Positions 11,872 to 23,283 of a DNA stretch of 64,000 bases are shown here, piece by piece. The notes under the pieces are model-generated. The model ran no database searches. It was not told where the DNA came from and saw only the letters and a list, made by a program, of their open reading frames with translations. Every line of letters starts with the position of its first letter. Positions within the stretch are counted from its first letter, which is position 1. Origin of the DNA: an uncultured Spirochaetota bacterium (lineage in GTDB: Bacteria; Spirochaetota; Spirochaetia; SZUA-6; Fen-1364); contig CAVTHO010000009.1 of the NCBI GenBank assembly GCA_963734545.1, positions 287,968 to 351,967 on the forward strand, given 5' to 3'. The translations under genes were made by a program, and so were the position numbers.

Positions 11872-13166
11872 CATACGTTCCGGATCGGGCTGCCCTGGAC
11901 GTCGGCGCCTACGAGGCGGCCGGCGGATACCAGGGACTGCGCAAGGCGCTTGCCATGAACCCGGTGCAGGTCCAGCAGACAGTCACCGCCTCGGGACTGC
12001 GCGGCAGGGGCGGCGCGGGATTCCCCACCGGGATGAAATGGAGCTTCGTTCCCATGGGAACGGGGCCGGTGGGCGCGGTCGGCGGGACCGCGGGCGGCAT
12101 TGCGGATACAGACGGGCACCGCTACATGGTGGTGAACGCGGACGAAAAAGAACCGGGCACCATGAAGGACCGGTGGCTGATGGAAGGCAATCCGCACGAG
12201 CTCATCGAGGGCGCGCTGATCGCCGCATGGGCCATGCAGGCGGATATCGCCTACATCTTCCTCCGCCGTGAATACACGAAGTGCGCGGCCAGCCTGACAA
12301 AGGCCATGGAAGAGGCGCGCCAGCGGACGTACATCGGCCCGCGGGTCCTGGGAACCGGCTGGAATATCGAGATGCGGCTGCACCTGAGCGCGGGCCGCTA
12401 CATGTGCGGGGAGGAGAGCGGGCTGCTGAACGCACTGGAAGGCAGGCGCGGCATCCCTAGGAACAAGCCGCCGTTCCCCCAGGTGAGCGGGCTCTGGGGA
12501 AGGCCCACGGTCGTGAACAACGTGGAGACGCTGTGCAATGTCCCCCACATACTCCGCGAAGGGCCCGAACTGGTACAAGGCGCTGAGCACCTCGCCGGAT
12601 TCGGGCACGAAGATCTACGGCGTGAGCGGCAGGGTGAAAAGGCCCGGGCTGTGGGAGCTGCCCATCGGCACGACCATCCGGGAGATCATCGAAGAGCACG
12701 CCGGCGGCATGGCGGACGGCCTTGCGCTCCGCGGTCTCATTCCCGGGGGCGCCTCCACGGATTTCCTCACCGCGGACCAGCTCGATGTAAGGATGGATTT
12801 CGATTCCCTGGTGAAAGGCCGGGAGCCGTCTCGGGCACCGGCACCCTGGTCGTGCTCGACGACCATACGTGCCCGGTCGGCATGGTGCTCAGCCTGGAGA
12901 AGTTCTTCGCGCGGGAGTCCTGCGGCTGGTGCACGCCGTGCCGTGAGGGTCTGCCGTGGGTCGCGCGCACGCTGGAAGCGCTGGAGCAAGGCAGGGGGGA
13001 GCCCCGGGACCTCGAGGTGCTCGAAAAGCACGTGCGCCTGCTGGCGCCCGGGCGCACTTTCTGCGCTCTCGCCCCCGGGGCGGTCGAGCCGCTGGGAAGC
13101 GCCTTGAAGCTTTTCCGCGATGATTTCGCACGCCACGTACGGGAGAAGAGGTGTCCCTGGAAATGA
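11849..13166 (+). CDS. nuoF: NADH-quinone oxidoreductase subunit F, frameshifted
   Basis: [23 protein letters not shown] and [12 protein letters not shown] motifs. Confidence 0.93.
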
Positions 13167-15990
13167 AGACCTTCACCCTGACCATAGACGGAAAGCGCTA
13201 CGAGGTGGAAGGAGAGGGAAAGAACCTCCTCGCCGTGAGCCTCTCCCTCGGCCTGAACCTCCCCTACTTCTGCTGGCATCCCGCCCTCCACTCGGTGGGC
13301 GCCTGCCGCCAGTGCGCCGTGAAGCTGTTCAAGGACGCCTCCGACACCCGGGGCAGGATCGTGATGTCCTGCATGACACCGGTGGTGGACGGGATGCTCG
13401 TTTCCATCGAGGACCCGGAGGCCCGGGCGTTCCGCGGCAGCGTCACCGAGTGGCTCATGGTCAATCACCCGCACGACTGCCCCATCTGCGACGAGGGGGG
13501 CGAGTGTCACCTGCAGGACATGACGGTGATGACGGGCCACAACTATCGCGGCTACCGATTCACCAAGCGGACATATCACAACCAGGACCTCGGGCCTTTC
13601 CTGAACCACGAAATGAACCGCTGCATCCAGTGCTACCGCTGCATCAGGTTCTACCGCGACTACGCGGGCGGAAAAGACCTGGAGGTGCTGGGCGCTCACG
13701 ACAATGTCTACTTCGGCCGTCACACGGACGGGACCCTGGAAAACGAGTTCAGCGGGAATCTCGTGGAGGTCTGCCCCACCGGCGTGTTCACGGACAAGAC
13801 CCTGAAAAATCACTACACGCGCAAGTGGGACCTCCAGACCGCGCCCTCCATCTGCACGCACTGCGCAGTCGGCTGCAACATCATCCCCGGTGAGCGCTAC
13901 GGCACCATTCGGAGGGTGCGCACGCGCTACAACGGAGAGGTGAACGGCTACTTCCTGTGCGACAGGGGCCGGTACGGGTACGAGTTCGTGAACAGCCCGC
14001 GAAGAATCCGGCAGGCCCTGGCTGCAAAGGACGGCGTGCTCGCCCCGGTGAGCGCGGAGAACGCCCTCACCCTGGCGCGCGAATCACTCGGCGCCGGCAA
14101 GGCCATTGGCATTGGCTCTCCCCGCGCTTCGCTGGAAACAAACTACGCCCTTCGGAGGCTGGTGGGCGCTGAGAACTTCTACATGGGCGTTTCCGAATCC
14201 CGGCTGGGCCTGCACCAGCTCATGCTGAAGGTCCTCCGGGACGGCCCGGCACCAGGCGCATCGGTGAAGCAGGCAGGCGCGTCGGACGCGGTCCTCGTCC
14301 TTGGTGAGGATGTCTGGAACACGGCTCCCATTCTGGCGCTGAACCTCCGCCAGGCCTCGACGAATGTCCCGGCTGCGGCAGCTATCAAGAGGCAGAAGCT
14401 GAACCGCTGGGATGACACTGCGGTCCGGGAAGCCATCCGGCACGAAAAGGGCCCCTTCTTCGTGGCGGGCGTTGAGGAAACCCGGCTGGACGATGTGGCA
14501 AAGACCGCCTGGCACGCAGCGCCCGCGGACCTCGCGCGTCTCGGGTTTGCGGTGGCCCATGAGATCGACCCCAAGGCGCCCGCGGTCCCCGGCCTTGCGC
14601 CGGACGTCCAGGAGCTCGCGGCAGCCATCGCGCGGGCGCTGCTGGGCGCCGAGCGCCCGCTCGTGGTGAGCGGGGCGGGCCTGGGCAGCGCGGAGGTCAT
14701 CCAGGCAGCGGCGAACGTCGCGCGCGCGCTGAAGACGGCGGGCAGGGACGCCCGCATCAGTCTCGTGTTCCCCGAAGCGAACAGCTTCGGCGCTGCCATG
14801 CTCGAAGCGCGCGGCGGAATCGAATCAGCGGCGCGGGCGCTCGGCGCCCGCAAAGGGGCGCAAGGCGCAGAGAAAGGGGCGCGAGGCGCGGAGAAAGCGG
14901 CGCGGGGCGCCGAGAAAGGGGCGCTCGTGATCGCGGAGGCTGACCTCTTCCGCGAGGCGGACCAGAAAACAGTGCGCGACATGCTCGCGTCAGCCTCACG
15001 CGTCATCGCCATCGACCATTCGACGAATGCCACCACCGAGGCAGCGCAGATCGTGCTGCCGGCCGCGACGTACGCGGAGTCTTCGGGCACGCTCGTTTCC
15101 AGCGAAGGCCGGGCCCAGCGCTTCTTCTCCGTCATGCCGCCAATCGGCGACGTGCGGGAAAGCTGGCACTGGCTTGGAGATCTGGCGGCCGGCGCGGCCG
15201 GCGCCGCGTCGGCGCGGGCGCAGGCTCCGGCGCAGGCGCGGGCAGCGCTGCGGGCAACGGCGCCTGGCAGAACCTCGATGCGATCATCAATGCCATGACA
15301 GCGGAGCTTCCCGAGCTGCGCGGAGTCCGCGAGGCTGCGCCGAATGCCGCGTTCCGTGTCAACGGACTGCGCGTTCCGCGCAAGTCTTTCCGGGAAAGCG
15401 GCCGCACGGCAGTGACGGCACACATAGACCTGCACGAGCCCCGGCCTGCCCAGGATCCTGATTCGCCGCTCGCCTACACCATGGAAGGACTCGGGCGGGG
15501 CGCACCCCCGGCCCTCTTTGCCAGGTTCTGGTCTCCCGGCTGGAACTCCGACCAGTCGCTCAACAAGTTCCAGTCCGAGGTGGGCGGGCAGCTTATCGGC
15601 GGTGACCCGGGGGTGCGCCTGGTGGAGGCGCCCGCGAGCGCGGCAGGGTCGTACTTTGCCGCAGCTCCCGCTGCCCCGGCCGCTCGTGACGGCCTCCTGC
15701 TGCTCGTGCCCCGTTATCACGTGTTCGGGTCAGAGGAGCTCTCCCTCCTTTCACCCGGAGTTGCCGAGCGGTCCCCGCACGCCTACATCGCGCTCTCTCC
15801 CGCCGAGGCGGAGAGCCGCGGTCTGGCGGAAGGGCAGACCGCGCGCGTCACCACAGAGGGAGGCACGGTGATGGACCTGTCAGTCGTGATCCGGCAGCTT
15901 CCGGCGGGCGTGGCCGCGGCCCCCTACGGGCGGCCCGGCCTGACAGGGACCTGGCCCGGCACGGTCCGGGTTGCAAGGGGCGGCACATGA
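13163..15990 (+). CDS. nuoG: NADH-quinone oxidoreductase subunit G (long form), frameshift near 15250
   Basis: [33 protein letters not shown] and an additional CTHCAVGC...C cluster motif. Confidence 0.93.
14843..14923 (+). repeat. In-frame ~4x 21-bp tandem repeat inside nuoG
   Basis: Encodes [27 protein letters not shown]. Confidence 0.8.
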
Positions 15991-16943
15991 GCGCGGTCGG
16001 CCTGTCGATCCTGGTGATCCTCGGGGTCCTGGTCGGCGCCCTGCTGTTCGCCGCCGGGATGATCTGGTTCGAGCGCCGTCTCCTCGGCGTCTTCCAGGAG
16101 CGCTACGGACCCAACAGGGCGGGGCCTTTCGGCGTGCTGCAGGTGATCGCGGACATGCTGAAGATCTTCACGAAGGAGAACTGGATCCCTCCCTTCGCGG
16201 AGAAGGCCGTATTCGTGGTCGCCCCGTCCATCATCATGATCACGACGCTCGCGTCGTTCGCCGTCATCCCCATCGCGCCGGCAATCCTCGTGTCCGACCT
16301 CGACGTGGGGCTGCTCTTCTTCCTTGCCATGTCTTCATTCGCCGTGTACAGCGTGGCGCTGGCCGGGTGGGCTTCCAACAACAAGTATTCGCTCCTGGGG
16401 AGCATCCGCGCGGTGGGCCAGATGGTGAGCTACGAGGTGTTCATGGGCCTGTCCCTCATGGGAGTGGTGCTCATGGCCGGTTCCTTCAGCCTGCAGGACA
16501 TCGTGACCGCCCAGAAGGGGATGTGGTACGTGGTCCCGCAGTTCGTGGGGTTCGTCGTCTTCTTCATTGCGGGACTGGCGGAGACGCGCCGCATCCCGTT
16601 CGATCTGCCGGAAGCGGAGAGCGAGCTGGTGGCCGGCTATCACACGGAATACTCCGGCTTCAAGTTCGCCATGTTCTATGTCGGGGAATACATCGGCATC
16701 ACCCTGATCTCGATGATGATCGTGACGCTGTTCTTCGGCGGGTGGCAGGGACCGTATCTTCCTCCCCTCGTCTGGTTCCTCGTCAAGACCCTCGCCTTTG
16801 TCGCGTTTTTCATCCTGGTGCGTTCGGCGCTGCCCCGTCCGCGCTACGACCAGCTCCTTGCCTTTGGATGGAAGCTCATGCTTCCCCTCGCCCTCGTGAA
16901 TCTTGCCGTGACCGGCGGCATCGTGCTTGCCGTCGGCAGATAG
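15987..16943 (+). CDS. nuoH: NADH-quinone oxidoreductase subunit H
   Basis: ERR...RYGPNRAGPFG and PFDLPEAESELVAGYHTEYSG motifs. Confidence 0.96.
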   Translation: MSAVGLSILVILGVLVGALLFAAGMIWFERRLLGVFQERYGPNRAGPFGVLQVIADMLKIFTKENWIPPFAEKAVFVVAPSIIMITTLASFAVIPIAPAILVSDLDVGLLFFLAMSSFAVYSVALAGWASNNKYSLLGSIRAVGQMVSYEVFMGLSLMGVVLMAGSFSLQDIVTAQKGMWYVVPQFVGFVVFFIAGLAETRRIPFDLPEAESELVAGYHTEYSGFKFAMFYVGEYIGITLISMMIVTLFFGGWQGPYLPPLVWFLVKTLAFVAFFILVRSALPRPRYDQLLAFGWKLMLPLALVNLAVTGGIVLAVGR

Positions 16944-16954
16944 GAGTCGTATAG

Positions 16955-17470
16955 ATGTGGAGCATCCTGAGGACGCTCTGGATCACTTTCCGCCACTCCT
17001 TCGTGAAAAGGGTGACGGTGCTCTATCCCGAAGTGAAGCGCCTGCTGCCCCCGCGCTGGAGGGGGCGGATCGTTCTCACCCGTGACCCGGACGGTGAGGA
17101 ACGCTGCGTTGCCTGCTACCTGTGCTCCGCCGTGTGCCCCGTGGCATGCATTGCGCTCCAGGCAGGCATCGACGAGAAGGGACGGAGACGGCCTGATTTC
17201 TTCCGCATCAATTTCTCCCGCTGCATCTACTGCGGGCTCTGCGAGGAAGCCTGCCCCACGTTCGCCATCCAGCTCACGCCGGACTACGAGATGGCGGAGT
17301 ACGAGAGAAAGAACCTCGTGTACGAGAAGGAAGACCTCCTGATCTCGGGCACGGGGAAGTACCCCGGCTACAACTTCTACAAGGTGTCCGGCATGGAGAT
17401 CAGCGGCAAGGCCAAGGGGGAAGCGGAGAACGAGCGGCCGCCCGTCGACGTGAGGAGTCTCCTGCCGTGA
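16955..17470 (+). CDS. nuoI: NADH-quinone oxidoreductase subunit I
   Basis: Two CxxCxxCxxxCP motifs. Confidence 0.96.
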   Translation: MWSILRTLWITFRHSFVKRVTVLYPEVKRLLPPRWRGRIVLTRDPDGEERCVACYLCSAVCPVACIALQAGIDEKGRRRPDFFRINFSRCIYCGLCEEACPTFAIQLTPDYEMAEYERKNLVYEKEDLLISGTGKYPGYNFYKVSGMEISGKAKGEAENERPPVDVRSLLP

Positions 17471-17937
17471 ACACCGTTTTCGCCCTCAGCGCACTGGTGG
17501 CGGTCATCGCCACCGTCCTCGTGATCACGCGGCGCAATGCCGTGCACGCGCTCCTGTACCTGGTGGTGTCGCTGCTGGCCGTTGCCGTGATCATGTTCCT
17601 CCTCGGCGCCGCGTTCGTCGCGGCCCTGGAGGTGATCATCTACGCGGGGGCGATCATGGTCCTGTTCGTGTTCGTGATAATGCTGATCGGTCATGAAAGC
17701 ATCGCGATGAATCCCCGGGCCTGGATCGGGCCCTCCGTGCTGAGCGCGATCCTGCTCGTCGAGCTCGCATGGGTGCTGGCCCGGGGCCCGCTCACCGGAA
17801 CGGCTGCCACGGAAGTCGGCCCCAAGCAGGTGGGCATCGCGCTTTTCGGTCCGTACCTGCTGGGCGCCGAGATGGCCGCGTTTCTCCTTCTTGCAGGGCT
17901 GGTCGGCGCATACCATCTCGGGCGGAGGAGGAACTAG
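17467..17937 (+). CDS. nuoJ: NADH-quinone oxidoreductase subunit J
   Basis: NAVHALLYL and [17 protein letters not shown] motifs. Confidence 0.95.
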   Translation: MNTVFALSALVAVIATVLVITRRNAVHALLYLVVSLLAVAVIMFLLGAAFVAALEVIIYAGAIMVLFVFVIMLIGHESIAMNPRAWIGPSVLSAILLVELAWVLARGPLTGTAATEVGPKQVGIALFGPYLLGAEMAAFLLLAGLVGAYHLGRRRN

Positions 17938-18240
17938 ATGGCATCAGTCTCTCCTGAATACGCCCTCCTGCTGGCCGGCGTTCTCTTCTGCCTGGGGCTC
18001 GTCGGCGTGATCGTGCGCCGCAACCTGCTCTTCATCCTCCTGTGCGTGGAGATCATGCTGAACGCGGCGGGGCTCGCATTCGTGGCGGCCGGGGCGCGCT
18101 GGGGCCAGCCGGACGGCCAGGTGATGTTCATATTCCTGCTCACCATGGCAGCCGCGGAGGTTGCGGTGGGACTGGCGCTCCTGATCCTGCATTTCAACCG
18201 GCGCAAGACGCTCAATGCCGACCTGATGGGGGGAGGATGA
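17938..18240 (+). CDS. nuoK: NADH-quinone oxidoreductase subunit K
   Basis: RRNL...EIMLNA and [11 protein letters not shown] motifs. Confidence 0.95.
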   Translation: MASVSPEYALLLAGVLFCLGLVGVIVRRNLLFILLCVEIMLNAAGLAFVAAGARWGQPDGQVMFIFLLTMAAAEVAVGLALLILHFNRRKTLNADLMGGG

Positions 18241-18241
18241 G

Positions 18242-20203
18242 ATGCTGAGCTGGATCTGGTGCATTCCCGCCCTCCCGCTTGCCGGGTTTCTGGTCCTGGC
18301 CGTGCTCGGCGGCAGGCTCTCCCGGACCCTGACAGCGGTCATCGGTGCCGGATCCGTGGGCCTCTCCCTCGCGGCAGCCGCGGCCGCGAGCGCGCTGTTC
18401 GCCGCCTATCCGCCGGCCGGGTCCTCGTACACGCTGCTCCTCTGGCAGTGGGTCAATGTCGGAGGCTTCTCCCCGGCAATCTCCCTCACGCTGGACTCGC
18501 TCTCCGTGGTCATGATCCTCGTGGTGACGGGCGTGGGTTTCCTGATCCATCTCTACTCCACCCGGTTCATGGCCGATGAGGAAGGCTACAGCAGGTTCTT
18601 CGCCTACATGAACCTCTTTGTCGGCTCCATGCTGATCCTCGTGATGGCGGGCAACCTCCTCCTTCTCTACCTGGGTTGGGAAGGCGTGGGTCTGTGCAGC
18701 TACCTGCTCATCGGATTCTGGTACTCGGACCCGGAGAACGGGCGCTCCGCGCGCAAGGCGTTCATCGTGACGCGCATTGGCGATGTGTCCCTTGCCATCG
18801 GGCTCTTCATCCTCGCAACGACCCTGGGGACCCTCGACGTGCGGGAAATCGCGCAGAAGGCGACATCCCTGTGGCCTGTCGGCTCGACCCTCGCGGTGGC
18901 AACCGCGGCCCTCCTCCTGGGCGGCGCGGTGGGCAAGTCGGCCCAGCTCCCCCTGCAGACCTGGCTTCCGGACGCAATGGCCGGGCCCTCGCCGGTCAGC
19001 GCCCTGATCCACGCGGCCACCATGGTCACGGCGGGCGTGTACCTGATCGCGCGCACGCATGCCCTGTTCCAGCTGGCCCCCGCCGTGCTCATGGCAGTGG
19101 CCATCATCGGCGCGGCCGGCATCCTCGTTGCGGGGCTGAGCGCAACCACGCAGCGGAACATCAAGCGCGTCCTTGCCTACTCCACCATGAGCCAGCTCGG
19201 CTACATGTTTCTTGCCCTGGGAGTCGGCGCCTGGTCCGGGGCGATCTTTCACCTCGTGACGCACGCCTTCTTCAAGTCCCTGCTGTTTCTCGGCGCCGGC
19301 GTCGTGATCCTGGCCTCGAACCACGAGCATGACATCTTTGCCATGGGCGGCATGGCGAAGAAATCGCCCTTCACGTTCTGGACATTCCTGATCGGCGCTT
19401 TCACGCTCGCGGCCATTCCGCCGACAACGGCCGGCTTCTCCAGCAAGGACTTCATCCTGGCCCAGGCGTGGCAGTCGGGAGGCGCGGGCCGCGTGTTCTG
19501 GGCCCTGGGGATCGCGGGCGCGTTCGTCACCTCTGTCTACATATTCCGCCTCATCTTCGTCGTGTTCGGCGGCAAGCCCCGGGCCGCTGCCCCGGCAGCA
19601 GGGCACGGCGCGTCCGGCGCCGCCGGACACGCGGCCACGGGACACGCGGCCGGCAGGAACGGCATGCAGGCGGGCCTGGTCATGGGAATCCCTCTTCTTC
19701 TCCTTGCGCTGCTCTGCCTGGGCGGCGGCTTTCTTGGTCTGCCCCATTACCTCGGGGGCAAGCCTTTCCTCATCGATTTCCTGCACACGACCCTGCCGGT
19801 GGAAATCGCCCCTGAGCCGTCCGTGCGCACGGAGATGATTCTCCAGGGCCTCGCGGAGGCAGCATCCCTGCTGGGAATACCGGTGGCGTGGCTCATCGTC
19901 AGGCGGCGCCTGCGCGCGTCGCCCGCGGCAGCAGCATCGATGGACAAGGCGGCGCACGTGAGGTTCCTCCAGGGCGGCTGGGGCTTCGACTGGATCTATG
20001 ACCAGGTGCTCGTGAAACCCTTCATGCTGCTGGCAAAGGTCAATGCCCGGGACGTGGTGGACCGTCTCTTTGACGGCGTGGGAGGCCTGAACATGCTTCT
20101 GTCCAAGGGGTTGCGCTGGACGCAGAACGGGCGGGTACGCTGGTATGCGGCGGGTGCCGCTGCCGGTGCCGTGCTCATTGCAGCCGCGGTGGTGCTGCTA
20201 TGA
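18242..20203 (+). CDS. nuoL: NADH-quinone oxidoreductase subunit L
   Basis: GWEGVGLCSYLLIGFW and KSAQLPLQTWLPDAMAGPSPVSALIHAATMV motifs. Confidence 0.96.
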   Translation: MLSWIWCIPALPLAGFLVLAVLGGRLSRTLTAVIGAGSVGLSLAAAAAASALFAAYPPAGSSYTLLLWQWVNVGGFSPAISLTLDSLSVVMILVVTGVGFLIHLYSTRFMADEEGYSRFFAYMNLFVGSMLILVMAGNLLLLYLGWEGVGLCSYLLIGFWYSDPENGRSARKAFIVTRIGDVSLAIGLFILATTLGTLDVREIAQKATSLWPVGSTLAVATAALLLGGAVGKSAQLPLQTWLPDAMAGPSPVSALIHAATMVTAGVYLIARTHALFQLAPAVLMAVAIIGAAGILVAGLSATTQRNIKRVLAYSTMSQLGYMFLALGVGAWSGAIFHLVTHAFFKSLLFLGAGVVILASNHEHDIFAMGGMAKKSPFTFWTFLIGAFTLAAIPPTTAGFSSKDFILAQAWQSGGAGRVFWALGIAGAFVTSVYIFRLIFVVFGGKPRAAAPAAGHGASGAAGHAATGHAAGRNGMQAGLVMGIPLLLLALLCLGGGFLGLPHYLGGKPFLIDFLHTTLPVEIAPEPSVRTEMILQGLAEAASLLGIPVAWLIVRRRLRASPAAAASMDKAAHVRFLQGGWGFDWIYDQVLVKPFMLLAKVNARDVVDRLFDGVGGLNMLLSKGLRWTQNGRVRWYAAGAAAGAVLIAAAVVLL

Positions 20204-21702
20204 TCCTCGCGCTCCTCGTGGCAGTGCCCCTGGTTTTCGGGCTTGCCGGATGGGCCCTCGGCCGGCGGAACACCGACTGGAGCAGGTGGCTCGCCCTTGC
20301 AGCCAACGCCGCCAATCTCGTGATCGTCGCGGTGTTGTGGGCAGGCGCCGCAGGTGCCGGCTCTGGCGGCAACGCGCTCCCCTCCTCGCCCTGGCTCGCG
20401 CAGGTCCGCTGGCCGTGGATTCCCGGCCTGGGCATCTCCTTCTCTTTGAGCCTGGACGGGCTCAGCCTGGCACTCCTCGCCCTCACCGCGTTCCTCGGCA
20501 TCATGTCCGTCCTGGCATCCTGGAAGGGCATCAAGGAGAGGATCGGGTTCTTCCATTTCAACCTTTCCCTGGTCCTGGCAGGCGTGAACGGCGTGTTCCT
20601 TGCCACCGATCTCTTCCTCTTCGCGTTCTTCTGGGAGCTCATGCTGATCCCGATGTATTTCCTCATCGACCTGTGGGGACACGAGAACCGCCACAAGGCC
20701 GCGGTGAAGTTCTTCCTCTTCACCCAGGTGGGCGGTCTGCTCATGCTCGTGTCCATCATCGGCCTGGCCGTGGTGCACAGCATGGCGTCGGGGTCCCTCA
20801 CATTCGAGTACAGCGAGCTCATCGGAACGGCCATGTCCCCCGTCGTGGGGATGCTGCTGATGCTCGGCTTCTTCGTGGCGTTCGCGGTAAAGCTTCCCGC
20901 CTTTCCCCTGCACACCTGGCTCCCGGATGCGCACACGGAGGCGCCCACGGCAGGCAGCGTGATCCTGGCCGGCCTGCTCCTGAAGACCGGTGGATACGGC
21001 TTGATCCGGTTCGCGCTCCCGCTCTTTCCGGCTGCTTCCCACGCCATCGCGCCAGTGGCAATGGCGATGGCCGTGGCCGGCATCATCTATGGCGGGATCA
21101 TGGCGTTCAGCCAGTCCGACATGAAACGGCTGGTGGCCTACTCCAGCGTGAGCCACCTCGGCTTCGTGCTGCTGGGCGTGTACGTCTTCACCTCCCAGGC
21201 GTTGTCCGGGGCTGTTCTGCAGATGGTGAGCCACGGGATCAGCACGGGCGCGCTCTTCATCCTGGTGGGCGCCCTGCAGGACAGGATTCACACGCGAGAC
21301 ATGAACCGCATGGGCGGACTCTGGAAGCAGGTTCCCCGCATGGGGGCCGCGGGCATGGTGCTCGCCATGGCGCTGGTGGGGCTCCCCGGGCTCCTGAACT
21401 TCGTGGCGGAGTTTCTCGTCCTGGTCGGCACGTGGCCGGTGAGCTCAGTGGCAACGGTCCTGGCAGGGGTCGGCCTGGTGATCGCGACCGTCTATGCGCT
21501 TCGCATGATCCAGATGGTGTTCCACGGCGGGCCCAGGGAAAAATGGGACATCCCCGATCTCTCGGTGATGGAGACCTGCGTCCTCTTCCTCATGATCGGG
21601 CTCCTGGTGGGGCTGGGGCTGTTTCCCCAGCCGCTCCTGCAGATCGTCGACAAGGTGGTGGCGGGCGTTCTGGCCGCGATCCCCTCGGGAGGTGGCGCAT
21701 GA
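20200..21702 (+). CDS. nuoM: NADH-quinone oxidoreductase subunit M
   Basis: FFWELMLIPMYFLI and HTWLPDAHTEAPTAGS motifs. Confidence 0.96.
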   Translation: MILALLVAVPLVFGLAGWALGRRNTDWSRWLALAANAANLVIVAVLWAGAAGAGSGGNALPSSPWLAQVRWPWIPGLGISFSLSLDGLSLALLALTAFLGIMSVLASWKGIKERIGFFHFNLSLVLAGVNGVFLATDLFLFAFFWELMLIPMYFLIDLWGHENRHKAAVKFFLFTQVGGLLMLVSIIGLAVVHSMASGSLTFEYSELIGTAMSPVVGMLLMLGFFVAFAVKLPAFPLHTWLPDAHTEAPTAGSVILAGLLLKTGGYGLIRFALPLFPAASHAIAPVAMAMAVAGIIYGGIMAFSQSDMKRLVAYSSVSHLGFVLLGVYVFTSQALSGAVLQMVSHGISTGALFILVGALQDRIHTRDMNRMGGLWKQVPRMGAAGMVLAMALVGLPGLLNFVAEFLVLVGTWPVSSVATVLAGVGLVIATVYALRMIQMVFHGGPREKWDIPDLSVMETCVLFLMIGLLVGLGLFPQPLLQIVDKVVAGVLAAIPSGGGA

Positions 21703-23234
21703 GCGCGAGCGACCTGATCGGCCTTTTCCCGCTCATCATCCTGGCCGGGGCCTCCATTCTCGTGCTCTTTGCCGCGGCTTTCGTCCGCCGGCTCGTCGTG
21801 TCCCTCGTGGTGACCCTGGCCGGACTGGCAGCGGCCCTCGTCTGCGTGGGCATTGCCTGGACATGGCTGCCCCTCAAGGTGGGGGCGCTCCTTTCCTTCG
21901 ACGGATTCGTGCTTTTCGGTTTCGTGTTGATACTCGGCGCGACGATCTTTGTCGCCATCAGCTCCTGGGCGTATCTGCGGGGACGTGACGACGAGGGCGG
22001 GGACTACTATTTCCTCCTGCTGCTGTCGTGCCTGGGAGCGTGCATACTGGCCGCCTCCGCCGCCTTCGCCTCGTTCTTCCTCGGGCTGGAGCTCCTGAGC
22101 GTTTCCCTGTACGCGCTCATCGGCTGGAGGAGAGAGCGGGCGGCCGGAACAGAGGCTGCCATCAAGTACCTGATCCTGGCCGGGGCCACGTCAGCCTTCC
22201 TCCTCTTCGGCATGGCCCTTGTCTACGAAGCCACCGGCACCATGGACCTGTTCAAGCTCGCCGCAATTACTTCCACCGAGGGTCTCGTTGCGCCCGTGGG
22301 CCTGGGCATGATCCTGGTGGGAATCGGATTCAAGCTCGCCGTGGTTCCGTTCCACCTCTGGACTCCCGACGTCTATGACGGCGCTCCGGCACCGGTCACC
22401 GCCTACATCGCCACGGTCTCCAAGGGCGCGATGGTCGTCGTCCTGGCGCGCGCGCTCGCTCCCGCCTTTGTGGGCAGCGGCGGCGTCAGCCATGTCTCCA
22501 CCGCGGCGCCGTCCCTGGTGGCAGCGGGATTCCCCTGGGTATTCGCCTTCATCGCGGGCCTCTCGATGTTCGCCGGCAACCTTCTGGCGCTCCGGGAAGG
22601 CAATGTCAAACGGATACTGGCCTATTCCTCCATTGCCCACCTCGGCTACATCCTCGTCGCGTTCCTGGCAGGCGGCCCCCAGGCATTGCGCGCCATCGCG
22701 TTCTACCTGGTTGCCTACTTTGCGATGACACTGGGAGCTTTCGGCGTGATCAGCGCGCTCTCCAGCCCCGAGAAGGACGCGGATGAGATCGAAGACTACC
22801 GGGGGCTGGCCGGCCGCAGCCCGTGGACCGCCGCCATGCTCACCACCATGCTCCTGTCCCTGGCGGGTCTTCCGCTCACCGCGGGATTCGTCGGCAAGTT
22901 CCTCATCCTCAGCGCGGGTGCCGGCGCGGAGCTCTGGACGCTCGCCGTCATGCTGGCCATAAACGGGACGATCTCGATTTTCTACTACTTGAAGATCGTT
23001 TCAGCGATGTTCCGCGGCGCAGAGCCATCTCCCGCTGCTGCCCACGCCGCCGCTGCCGGCGCAGCGCGCGCCCCAGGCGCCGGGCCCGCATCAGGCGGGA
23101 TACCGGGCGCCGCGCGCGCGCCATTGGTTGCGGCCCTTGCCATCGCGCTCCTGGCTCTTGCGGTGGTGGCCCTCGGGATCTACCCGGCGCCGTTCCTTTC
23201 GATTATTGGTACCTTCACGGCCGCGGGAGGGTGA
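21699..23234 (+). CDS. nuoN: NADH-quinone oxidoreductase subunit N
   Basis: EAAIKYLILAG, FKLAVVPFHLWTPDVYDGAP and KRILAYSSIAH motifs. ATG overlaps the nuoM stop. Confidence 0.95.
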   Translation: MSASDLIGLFPLIILAGASILVLFAAAFVRRLVVSLVVTLAGLAAALVCVGIAWTWLPLKVGALLSFDGFVLFGFVLILGATIFVAISSWAYLRGRDDEGGDYYFLLLLSCLGACILAASAAFASFFLGLELLSVSLYALIGWRRERAAGTEAAIKYLILAGATSAFLLFGMALVYEATGTMDLFKLAAITSTEGLVAPVGLGMILVGIGFKLAVVPFHLWTPDVYDGAPAPVTAYIATVSKGAMVVVLARALAPAFVGSGGVSHVSTAAPSLVAAGFPWVFAFIAGLSMFAGNLLALREGNVKRILAYSSIAHLGYILVAFLAGGPQALRAIAFYLVAYFAMTLGAFGVISALSSPEKDADEIEDYRGLAGRSPWTAAMLTTMLLSLAGLPLTAGFVGKFLILSAGAGAELWTLAVMLAINGTISIFYYLKIVSAMFRGAEPSPAAAHAAAAGAARAPGAGPASGGIPGAARAPLVAALAIALLALAVVALGIYPAPFLSIIGTFTAAGG

Positions 23235-23283
23235 CAGACCGCCCGGAGGGTAACAGACCGCCGGAGGGTGACAGTCCCCCGGA
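23226..23283. repeat. 3x 18-19-bp tandem repeat between convergent genes
   Basis: GGAGGGTGACAGACCGCCC / GGAGGGTAACAGACCGCC / GGAGGGTGACAGTCCCCC. Confidence 0.8.

Noticed and set aside
20145-23234. 1029-aa ORF as a giant NuoN fusion
   Set aside because: The N-terminal half is an off-frame shadow of nuoM in GC-rich DNA. The real nuoN starts at 21699.
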